A DNA stretch of 35,762 nucleotides from a virus. Its lineage: Duplodnaviria > Caudoviricetes. Made by a program: the position numbers and the translations under genes. The stretch covers positions 1 through 35,762 of IMG/VR virus record IMGVR_UViG_3300011403_000025; one strand, 5' to 3'. This document shows, piece after piece, positions 1 through 7,164 of the stretch (position 1 is its first letter; each line of letters begins with the position of its first letter). The notes beneath the pieces were generated by a model that made no database searches, was not told the origin of the DNA, and saw only the letters and a program-made list of their open reading frames with translations.

Positions 1-123
1 GGCGGATGTCGACCCGGTACGCCCACTGCCACCCGGCCAGGGTGACCCCGCGGGTGGCGAGCGCCTCCAACGTGAGGGGGCCGGTGGCGAACCCGGCAGC
101 GGGTGGCGCCTCAGGGAACGGCA
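1..123. repeat. Terminal direct repeat (left copy), identical to 35640-35762; circular-assembly overlap
   Basis: ggcggatgtc...gggaacggca is identical at both ends, and the MuF ORF reads continuously across the junction. Confidence 0.97.
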
Positions 124-363
124 TCACAGCTGCCACGCGTAGCAGGCGTGCCGATGCGTCGCCCCCGTTGAGGCGTTGTAGAAGTACACCCAATAGAGGT
201 CGGGGAGGACGTACACGGTGGTCCGGTACTTAAACCACGGATACGCCGACTTGCAGGCGGGGGTGTGCGCGTCCGCTGTCCCGGTGTCGAGCACCATCAC
301 GAGCCCGATGGCGAGCAGGCACAGCACTAGGAGCAGGATGAGGGGGCGGGCGGTGAGTGTCAT
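124..363 (-). CDS. Small exported peptide (79 aa; signal/TM + AxA|H-x-P-x-C...YPW...STGAxHxHxC), paralog of 12574-12804
   Basis: Hydrophobic N-terminus ending ADA. ATGA overlap with the portal stop and TGATG overlap with the MuF start. Confidence 0.85.
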   Translation of the reverse strand: MTLTARPLILLLVLCLLAIGLVMVLDTGTADAHTPACKSAYPWFKYRTTVYVLPDLYWVYFYNASTGATHRHACYAWQL

Positions 364-2084
364 GCTGTCACGCTAGCTGCGGCGGCGGCGGAACCGATGG
401 CGGTGCCGCCGGCTCGGGCCACCGCCCGCCGCGAGATCGTCTGCGCCCCCGCGTCGAGGTCAGTGGATGGCAACCCTTCGATGACCCACCGGGTCGCGTC
501 AGAGACGACCTGCGCGACGGAGGCGGCGCGTTCGTCAACCCACCCGGTCACGTCCACCCCGGCGACGCTGTGCACGGTGTCAGCGGCGGCGGTCAGGTGC
601 CGCTCCCACCAACGCCCCAACGGTTCCAGCGACCCGGCGACGATGTCGGCGACCCACGGCAGCGACCAGTCGCCCCCCACCGCGGCGGCGAGATCACCGT
701 TAGGGGTGCCCTTGTACGGGGCGGCCTCCCCGGCGTCCTGCAACCGGTTGCGGATCGCGCCACCGATGCGGCTCCGTGCCGTGATCCGCGCCATATCCAG
801 GGCACCGGCCAACGAGTCGCGGAGTTCGGCGTCGATGCGGGCCAACGCGAACCCGAGTTCCTCATCACCGGCGGCGGCGGCAACCGGGGGCGTCTCCGTG
901 GTGGCCGGGGGTTCGACCAGCTCCAACGCCGGCGGCGGCACCGGGTCACCTTCGAGGGGTTCGAGTGACGCGGCGGCACGCCACTCGTCGGCGGTGACGA
1001 TCCCCAACTGGAACCCGATCGACAGGTCAGCGAGTTGGGGTGGGTGGGCGAGTAGCTCCCCGGGGTCGGGTTCCACTTCGACCCGGCCCTGGTCGAGTTG
1101 CTCGAGGGTCCACGCGAACACGCCGCCGACGGTGTCCGCGGTCGGCCCGACGTGCGCCCGGTACGTTTCCTCCTGCAGCAGCCACTGCCCCCAATGGTTC
1201 ACGTCGCCGAGCCCGGTGAGCATCTCAGCCGGGACGTCGAGCGCGATCGCGATGCGGCGGATCGTGGCGTCGATCTTCCGGTCGAGCCGCTCATCGTAGG
1301 GGCGATCGGGGATCTCCCACCGGAACTGCTCGATGCGGTCACCCTCCATTGTGACAACGATCGGGACCACCGCCGCCGGAGACGTAGGGTCCGCGATCGC
1401 CGCTGACGACGCGGTGAGCAGGTCATCCTCGAACGAGTCCCCTTCGGGAAACGAAACCTCCGACGGCATGAACGCGATGCCGCTCTGCCCGAGCCGCGAC
1501 CGTGACTGCGCCACCGACTGATTCTCGAGGGTGACGAGTTCACGTGCCGGGCCGAGCGCGCCAAGCAGCGACGAGTCAGCCGACGCCGTGTCGGTCGGGT
1601 CGGGTGTCCACTGCTTCAACCGGAGCGCCGACGCGTCGAGCAGTTGCGTCAGTTTCGGGTCGACGACCGAGATCGCCGCCCACTGCAGCGTCTCCACTTC
1701 GGGGGCGATCGGCAACCGCAACCGCTTCACAGCCTCTGTGCTGAGCCCCTCGAACCCGAGCCACCACACAGCCCCGGCGACCTCAAGGTTGAGGGCGAGC
1801 AGGCGGGCGGCTTCTTCGACACCGAGCGGTTCGGTGGCGACGTCGAGCAGGTCGTCGCCTGCGGCGGTGTCGAGTTCGCGCCCGTTGACGATGACCCGCC
1901 AGTTGAGCCGGGACACGGCACGCGCCTTGTACCCGGTCGGGTAGCGGAGTTCCCCGAGCCGCCGCCACAGCGCCCACGCCTCAGCCTGCCACGACTCCGA
2001 CGCCCACAGGTCGCGCCGGTCGGTTTGGGTGGGGGACGCCGGCGGTGACCACGACGCCGCGACGATCGGCTGTTTGCGAGCCAT
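360..2084 (-). CDS. Portal protein (actinophage type) with a C-terminal helical extension
   Basis: Start MARKQ coupled by TGATG. Motifs WRRLGELRY...VSR and LDVPAEMLTGLGDVNHWGQW; follows the terminase genes. Confidence 0.85.
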   Translation of the reverse strand: MARKQPIVAASWSPPASPTQTDRRDLWASESWQAEAWALWRRLGELRYPTGYKARAVSRLNWRVIVNGRELDTAAGDDLLDVATEPLGVEEAARLLALNLEVAGAVWWLGFEGLSTEAVKRLRLPIAPEVETLQWAAISVVDPKLTQLLDASALRLKQWTPDPTDTASADSSLLGALGPARELVTLENQSVAQSRSRLGQSGIAFMPSEVSFPEGDSFEDDLLTASSAAIADPTSPAAVVPIVVTMEGDRIEQFRWEIPDRPYDERLDRKIDATIRRIAIALDVPAEMLTGLGDVNHWGQWLLQEETYRAHVGPTADTVGGVFAWTLEQLDQGRVEVEPDPGELLAHPPQLADLSIGFQLGIVTADEWRAAASLEPLEGDPVPPPALELVEPPATTETPPVAAAAGDEELGFALARIDAELRDSLAGALDMARITARSRIGGAIRNRLQDAGEAAPYKGTPNGDLAAAVGGDWSLPWVADIVAGSLEPLGRWWERHLTAAADTVHSVAGVDVTGWVDERAASVAQVVSDATRWVIEGLPSTDLDAGAQTISRRAVARAGGTAIGSAAAAASVTA

Positions 2085-2353
2085 CAGATGAGGGCCAGGA
2101 GGTCGGCGCGGCGGGCCTTCGCCAACGGTGTCCCACCGGCGCCACCGCACCCGCACGTCTTCTGGATCGCCAGGTCGCCGGCTTCGGTCGTCACCGACCA
2201 GCGTGCCCCCCGGAGCCGGGTGGGTTGCTCGGTGGGGAAGGTTTGCACCTGGTCGGGGGCGGTGAACACGGCGAGGGTGCCGTCGTGGTAGATGACCCGG
2301 GCACGCGCAGCGGTGATCGGCCCGGAGACGGTGACCGGTGATAGGTCGAGCAC
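2084..2353 (-). CDS. Hypothetical protein with CGCG motif between terL and portal
   Basis: Stop coupled to the portal ATG. Likely GTG start 7 nt after TAGCAT (leaderless). Confidence 0.7.
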   Translation of the reverse strand: MLDLSPVTVSGPITAARARVIYHDGTLAVFTAPDQVQTFPTEQPTRLRGARWSVTTEAGDLAIQKTCGCGGAGGTPLAKARRADLLALI

Positions 2354-2363
2354 GGCGCCGATG

Positions 2364-3653
2364 CTACACAACCGATCGCCGCTGCGACGGCCATTCCGCC
2401 GGTGGCTGCTTCACCCTGCCCGGTTTCGTCGCCTGCGGCGCCAGATGCGTGCACGCGAACACCAGCGCGTCGAGGCGATCCGGTGAGTACGTCTTGTCGC
2501 CCGGCACCCACAACGTCATCTGCCCCTCGAGCCGCGGGTAGACGCCGACGTGGTGGACGAGCTGCCGTTCGTACAGCAGCGCCACCGGTGCCGCCCTCAG
2601 ATCCTTCCCGCGCGACGCGTTCACCTTCGCCAGTGGTACCGGGAGGTTCGCCGCTTCGAGGGTCGACTTGACCATATCGCCGCCGTAGTTCGACTCCCAC
2701 ACCACAACGTCAGCTTGGACGTCGTCGACGAGTCGGGCAACTTCCCGGGCCCACCCGTCCGGGGATTTCGAGCACGACCGGTCGGCGAGAACGTACAGGT
2801 GCCGATCATGCCCGAGCCCGACCGCGACGATGCCCTGCTCGTCCCCGTCCTCCGACCCGGACGGGTCCACCGCCACCGCGACCCGGCGCAGGTCGGGTGC
2901 CGCGGCGACCCGGTCGATGCCGTCCAGTCTCCACAGGGCACCCTCGACGGCGTCGAGCAGATCCCCGGAGAGTTCCTGCGCCCCGAGTGACGTGCCGGCG
3001 TACCGGTCCCGCATCAGATCCCGCCACGTCTCATCCAGGTGCGGGTTGTCATCGATCGACGCCCTCGTGACGTGGTCCGCTTCGGCGACGATCCGCCGGT
3101 ACGCCCCAGACGGGACCGGGGTCGTCGCCGCGACGGTGCGGGGGGTCGACCCCAACCGGAGCCCTAGCTGCGCCTGGGGCCACGCCTCAGCAAGCATCGG
3201 GTTCGCGGCGAGTTCCTCCCACACGTCCAGGTGACGGTTACCGGACGCCCGGAGCCTGGCGACGTCCCGGCGGGTGGGTGTCCCGAGCACCAGCGCAACG
3301 GACCCGTTGGGCCACACGAGGCGGGCGCCACCCGGCGCCGACGGCCGCCACTTAACCTCCGGGGCCAACGCCTGCACCCCGGACGGGCCCTCCACACACG
3401 ACTCGATCGCGTCCCCCTCAGTCGGCCCGATGATCCTGGCCCGCAACCCCGGGCGGCGGCGTGCCTCATCCACCAGGTACTTGCAGATCGCCAACGTCTT
3501 ACCGGCGCCACGCCCCGCCTGCAGCAGCCAGAACCGCCAGTCACCGTCGGGGGGGCGCTGATGCGGGAGCATCGTCGCCGCGCCGCCACCCGCCAGTTCG
3601 AGCAGTTCCCGCAGCCGGCGCAGCCGCGGCAGCGACGACGCGTCGACGCTCAC
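2364..3653 (-). CDS. terL: Terminase large subunit
   Basis: Walker A AGRGAGKT, Walker B VWEEL, motif III ATTP, nuclease VAVDPS and SPDRLDA. GTG start overlaps the upstream stop. Confidence 0.95.
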   Translation of the reverse strand: MSVDASSLPRLRRLRELLELAGGGAATMLPHQRPPDGDWRFWLLQAGRGAGKTLAICKYLVDEARRRPGLRARIIGPTEGDAIESCVEGPSGVQALAPEVKWRPSAPGGARLVWPNGSVALVLGTPTRRDVARLRASGNRHLDVWEELAANPMLAEAWPQAQLGLRLGSTPRTVAATTPVPSGAYRRIVAEADHVTRASIDDNPHLDETWRDLMRDRYAGTSLGAQELSGDLLDAVEGALWRLDGIDRVAAAPDLRRVAVAVDPSGSEDGDEQGIVAVGLGHDRHLYVLADRSCSKSPDGWAREVARLVDDVQADVVVWESNYGGDMVKSTLEAANLPVPLAKVNASRGKDLRAAPVALLYERQLVHHVGVYPRLEGQMTLWVPGDKTYSPDRLDALVFACTHLAPQATKPGRVKQPPAEWPSQRRSVV

Positions 3654-4300
3654 AGGGTTGCCCGTTCGACCCATCCGGGGTCGATGACCCGCCACCGCCC
3701 ATCGTCGCCACGTTCGGTGAAACCGGCGTCGCGTAGCCGCATCAGTGACGTGCGAACCGTGTCCGGTTTCGCGTCGCCGTGGCGTTCCTGCACGATCTCG
3801 ACGAGCACCGCCGACGACACCGGGCCCCGAACCTCCAGGTAGTCGCACACGACCCGCCACCACGGGCCACGACGTGCGAGACGGCGACGCCCCTGCTTGT
3901 AGCGTCGGTCGTAGTGCAACCGGCACAGGTCGCGGGCCTTGACCTGGGTGCTGCCGCACACCTGGCAGACGGTGCGGGGCCGGTACCCGTTGATGGTGCG
4001 GGTTGTGCGGCCCCGCCGGTACTGCTGCATGTAGTGGGCGTTGCAGAGCCCGAGCGCCTGGTGGGGGCGGTCGCAGCCCGGGACGTCGCACCCTTCGCGA
4101 CCGCGCTCTTCGATGGCGGCGGCCCCGACGTCACCGTGCCGGGCCAGTCTGCGGTAGTGGGCTTGGCAGTAGCCGCGGCGGAACGTCGGCCGGTCGCACC
4201 CGTCGAGCTGGCAGATGACCGGGGTGTCGTGGTATCTGCCGCGGTGGGTGAGCATCCCGTGAGGGGTGTCGAACACCCGGCCGCACACGTCGCAGGTCAC
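3650..4300 (-). CDS. Multi-zinc-finger DNA-binding protein (C2H2 + three CxxxxC/CxxC...CxxHY units + C-terminal winged-helix-like region)
   Basis: CDVCGRVF...HRGRYH; CQLDGC...CQAHY; CDVPGC...CNAHY; CQVC...CRLHY; GTGA coupling at the start. Confidence 0.75.
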   Translation of the reverse strand: MTCDVCGRVFDTPHGMLTHRGRYHDTPVICQLDGCDRPTFRRGYCQAHYRRLARHGDVGAAAIEERGREGCDVPGCDRPHQALGLCNAHYMQQYRRGRTTRTINGYRPRTVCQVCGSTQVKARDLCRLHYDRRYKQGRRRLARRGPWWRVVCDYLEVRGPVSSAVLVEIVQERHGDAKPDTVRTSLMRLRDAGFTERGDDGRWRVIDPGWVERATL

Positions 4301-4485
4301 CGGATGACCTTCGCGGCGGTGACGCACCGGTGGCAGGCGTCGGATTGCCACTCTGGGACCCACCGCAGCGGGACCCCTGAGCGGTGGCAGACACCGCACC
4401 GGCCGACGCCACCGTCATGCGCTGACGTTGGCGGGGTGTGCAGGTCGCAGCCGGCCGCTGAGCAGTACCTCACGAGTGGGGCCAT
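4297..4485 (-). CDS. Small Cys-rich (zinc-binding) protein
   Basis: CSAAGC, CGVC and CHRC motifs; purine-rich RBS GGGAAGG before ATG. Confidence 0.6.
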   Translation of the reverse strand: MAPLVRYCSAAGCDLHTPPTSAHDGGVGRCGVCHRSGVPLRWVPEWQSDACHRCVTAAKVIR

Positions 4486-4655
4486 ACCTTCCCTGCCAGG
4501 ATGATCGCCCATACGGTGAGGGGCGCCCTGAGTAGGAACTCGACCACGAGCCCGTACTCGTCTTGGTGGGCGTAGAACATCAACGTCCAGCCGACCACGA
4601 ACAGGATCAGGAACCCGAACCGCCGGGCAGGGTCGTGCCGCTTCGCAGCGGTCAC
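4470..4655 (-). CDS. Small two-TM membrane protein
   Basis: VTAAKRHDPARRFGFLILFVVGWTLMFY...LTVWAIILAG; GTGA coupling to the upstream stop. Confidence 0.65.
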   Translation of the reverse strand: MTAAKRHDPARRFGFLILFVVGWTLMFYAHQDEYGLVVEFLLRAPLTVWAIILAGKVWPHS

Positions 4656-4864
4656 GACGTCACCAGCCCGGCCCGTGCCGCCCACTCGTCGATCGTCGCC
4701 TCCAGCCATATCGGCCCGACTGACAGCTCGAAGTCGGGGGTGGGGAGTTCCCCGCGTTGGCGGCGGGACCTGACAGCCGGGTAGGTGAGCCCGACCCGGT
4801 CGGCGACCGCCCGGGTGTCGAGCAGCACCAACCCTTGAACGACTGCGGTGTCGTCGATGTTCAC
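4652..4864 (-). CDS. AlpA/excisionase-like helix-turn-helix DNA-binding protein
   Basis: LLDTRAVADRVGLTYPAVRSRRQRGELPTPD...PIW pattern; RBS GGAGGGG. Confidence 0.8.
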   Translation of the reverse strand: MNIDDTAVVQGLVLLDTRAVADRVGLTYPAVRSRRQRGELPTPDFELSVGPIWLEATIDEWAARAGLVTS

Positions 4865-5535
4865 GTGTCCCCCTCCGTACCGGTTGACTCAGATTGTAGC
4901 AGCCGTGCCGCTCGGTGCATCTGTCGGACCTCGTCGGCGGTGAGCCCTGCGTTCCGCAACCGACTACAGGCGATGCAGTAGCACTGCAACCCGGTCGCTG
5001 ACGCTCGGGCACGCCAGAACGCTGACCGGGGGAGGGTCTGCTCGCAACCCGGGCAGTACTTCTCGGCGACCGGTTCAACCGGGTTGGCCTTGCGCCGGGC
5101 GTCGTGCGCCCTGACGTTCGCCCGGTTGCACACGTGGCAGACATCTCCCTTGCCGTCGCGCTGGTACCGGTTGTTGGGAAACTCGGTGAGCGGTTTGGTC
5201 GTCTTGCACCGGTGGCAGCGTTTCTCGGTGCGGGTCGCCCTGGCCTCGAGACGTCGCCGGTACGCGACCGCGCGGGCGGCCGCGGCGTACACCCTCGCCT
5301 GACGGCGGCGGTCCCGTTCCGCCCGCAGCTCATCACCGAGCCCCGGGTCCAGGATGGTGACGATCTGCCGGACTCGCTCCCCGGTGATCCCGTACATGGC
5401 GCCGATATGCGCCAACGTGGCGCCGCCGCGGCGAACCGCGACGATCTCGCGGTAGCGGCCACAGCCGGGGGTCTTGGCGCGGTGGATGGGGAGGTTGGTG
5501 AACTCGCCGCCGCAGTCGGGGCAGCGTTGGCGGGG
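4861..5535 (-). CDS. Sigma-70 region-4-like HTH plus two CxxC...CxxC zinc domains; 5' end interrupted (see findings)
   Basis: TLAHIGAMYGITGERVRQIV; KRCHRC...CHVC; KYCPGC...CIAC. The frame is open up to the TGA at 5536-5538. Confidence 0.7.
   Translation of the reverse strand, partial: PRQRCPDCGGEFTNLPIHRAKTPGCGRYREIVAVRRGGATLAHIGAMYGITGERVRQIVTILDPGLGDELRAERDRRRQARVYAAAARAVAYRRRLEARATRTEKRCHRCKTTKPLTEFPNNRYQRDGKGDVCHVCNRANVRAHDARRKANPVEPVAEKYCPGCEQTLPRSAFWRARASATGLQCYCIACSRLRNAGLTADEVRQMHRAARLLQSESTGTEGDT
4884..4900 (-). promoter_or_regulatory. Operator-like motif copy GCTACAATCTGAGTCAA (includes a TACAAT -10) upstream of the HTH gene
   Basis: Near-identical to 5972-5988 and, inverted, to 10552-10568. 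Confidence 0.55.
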
Positions 5536-5718
5536 TCATCGTCCGCGGTCCTGTCGTTGTTCGTCGCGTTCGTTCTCGGCAACGTCGGCGCGGATGTCCC
5601 TGGCCCGCTGGTAGTCGCCGGCGGTGAGCCGCCCGAACCCTCGGCAGATGTGACACATGAACGGGCCCCGGCGCCCGGTCCCGTCACAGTCGCGGCACGG
5701 TCGACGCTCATCGGTCAC
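5536..5718 (-). CDS. Small DnaJ-type zinc-finger (CxxCxGxG) protein
   Basis: CRDCDGTG and CHICRGFG; GTGA coupling at the start. Confidence 0.7.
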   Translation of the reverse strand: MTDERRPCRDCDGTGRRGPFMCHICRGFGRLTAGDYQRARDIRADVAENERDEQRQDRGR

Positions 5719-5948
5719 GGTGTGATGCCTCCGGTGAATGTGACCCGGCCGTAGGGGCCGAGACACATCTCTGAGTCGCGGTAGCCGGTGCGGTAGCTCT
5801 GGCAGACCTCGGCGGTGGCATCCTCATCCGGGAGCGTGCTGCAACTGTTCATGCCAGAGCAGTCGCCTCCTGTGAGGAGGGCGAGGGTCGCCAGGATGAG
5901 TGCGACGGTCGCTACACCTAAGGCGAGCTTCGGGGTGGGTCCGGTCAT
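5715..5948 (-). CDS. Small membrane-anchored/exported Cys protein, paralog of 15668-15889
   Basis: N-terminal TM; C-terminus EVCQSYRTGYRDSEMCL...RVTFTGGITP; lies downstream of a consensus promoter. Confidence 0.75.
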   Translation of the reverse strand: MTGPTPKLALGVATVALILATLALLTGGDCSGMNSCSTLPDEDATAEVCQSYRTGYRDSEMCLGPYGRVTFTGGITP

Positions 5949-5980
5949 AGTCTGCGTCCCTTCGTCGTATCGTGACGCAG

Positions 5981-6009
5981 ATTGTAGCATCCTTGGGGGT
6001 GGGGTGCAA
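5981..6009 (-). promoter_or_regulatory. Housekeeping-sigma promoter TTGCAC-17-TACAAT (extended TGn)
   Basis: Reverse complement reads ttgcac cccacccccaaggatgc tacaat. Confidence 0.75.
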
Positions 6010-6013
6010 GCGG

Positions 6014-6487
6014 TTACCGGGTGACCATCGCCAACCGCTCCGACACCGGCACGACCCGGCACCGCAGCGACCGTTCCCACCCACGCACCCACCCTGCGAC
6101 ACGCCGATGATGCAAATCATCCACGAACACCACGGCGTCGCCGGTGAGGTGGGGCCAGAGTTGGGGGAGGGTGCGGGACCGGCCCTCCCGTATCCGGGGC
6201 CCGTCGATCAACGCGAACCCGACCCCGTCCGGTAGGTCGGTGTCGTATGTGCCCAACCGCAACCGGCACAGGCGGAGTTCCACGTTCTCGACGCCGGCGC
6301 GGGTGAGACGCATCGATGTCACCTGCCACCAGCGTTTGTCCCCCTCGAGCGAGATCAGGTGCCCGACATGGCCGGCGAGGACCGGGGTGGAGCGCCCCGA
6401 CCCGTACTCGACCGCCACTGCCGGGGACAGGCGGGCCGCCGCCTCCACCACAACGGCCAGGGATTCAGGGTCGAGCGCCCAACTCAC
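6014..6487 (-). CDS. Class I SAM-dependent methyltransferase (Methyltransf_24-like)
   Basis: AVEYGSGRST motif I, ISLEGD, FALIDGP, VFVDD. Confidence 0.85.
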   Translation of the reverse strand: MSWALDPESLAVVVEAAARLSPAVAVEYGSGRSTPVLAGHVGHLISLEGDKRWWQVTSMRLTRAGVENVELRLCRLRLGTYDTDLPDGVGFALIDGPRIREGRSRTLPQLWPHLTGDAVVFVDDLHHRRVAGWVRGWERSLRCRVVPVSERLAMVTR

Positions 6488-6852
6488 CCGGCGTCGACAC
6501 CGTCAGCGGCCAGCTCAGCCTCCAACCGGGCGATCTCAGCTTCCACAGCGTCAAAGGTGATGACGTGGACAACCTCCGCTTCACGCAACCCGCACCGATC
6601 CAGGATGTCACGGGCCGCGGCGAGGCGGGCACGCTCATCGGACGACTCCACGATCTCAGCGAGCGCGACGATCGCTGGTGCCACCAGGTCGAGCAGCCGG
6701 CGGCGGGCAGCGTCCCGAACCTGGGGTGCAGCTCCCCCATGGACACGGCACACGGTTCCGCCCATGATCGCCAGCTTGCCGCATTGTTCCCCGGTGGTCT
6801 TCGATGTGGCTCTGCATTGGACTCGGGGCATGATGGGGTGAGCGCTTGCCAT
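6484..6852 (-). CDS. Putative terminase small subunit (HGG zinc-knuckle family)
   Basis: CRATSKTTGEQC...VCRVHGGAAPQV followed by helical RLAAARDILDR; first gene after the control region. Confidence 0.65.
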   Translation of the reverse strand: MASAHPIMPRVQCRATSKTTGEQCGKLAIMGGTVCRVHGGAAPQVRDAARRRLLDLVAPAIVALAEIVESSDERARLAAARDILDRCGLREAEVVHVITFDAVEAEIARLEAELAADGVDAG

Positions 6853-7098
6853 GCGGTCAGGGTAGCGTCGGGGTGCTTCCCGTGTGGGTAATGACCGGCC
6901 GGGTTCGGCATAGGTGTGGCTCGGGTGGGGACGGTTACCCCACTCTGACCGCTTGATGTTCAGCCAGCGATCCGAACCGAGAGGTCGCTGAGTTTGTAGC
7001 ACGCCGCCGCTTCGGCGGTGGGCTGTTTGGCAGACCTCGATATGTCACCGTCAGTCGCCGCCTGGGGTATCCCCGATGGGTGGGGGTCCGGGGGAGGG

Positions 7099-7126
7099 GC
7101 TTGCAATAGTTAGCACCCTTGCAAGC
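7099..7126. promoter_or_regulatory. Inverted repeat GCTTGCAA-12-TTGCAAGC next to the plus-strand promoter
   Basis: Perfect 8-bp arms in an AT-richer patch. Confidence 0.5.
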
Positions 7127-7131
7127 ACCGC

Positions 7132-7160
7132 TTGACCTAGAGCCCTGACCGTGATATCGT
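7132..7160 (+). promoter_or_regulatory. Plus-strand promoter TTGACC-17-TATCGT (TGn extended)
   Basis: ttgacc tagagccctgaccgtga tatcgt. Confidence 0.55.
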
Positions 7161-7164
7161 CGGG

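Noticed and set aside
1-123. 123-bp repeat as a biological terminal repeat or att site
   Set aside because: It falls in the middle of a coding gene and is an exact end overlap, typical of circular-contig assembly.
2364-4091. 575-aa terminase with a long N-terminus
   Set aside because: The extension overlaps the zinc-finger gene; the coupled GTG at 3653 is the better start.
5536-5538. Genome-wide TGA recoding
   Set aside because: Most genes end in TGA with coupled downstream starts, and no suppressor tRNA was seen, so the standard code applies.
4470-5711. 413-aa ORF as one gene
   Set aside because: Only the last 61 codons look coding; the rest overlaps better-supported genes in other frames.
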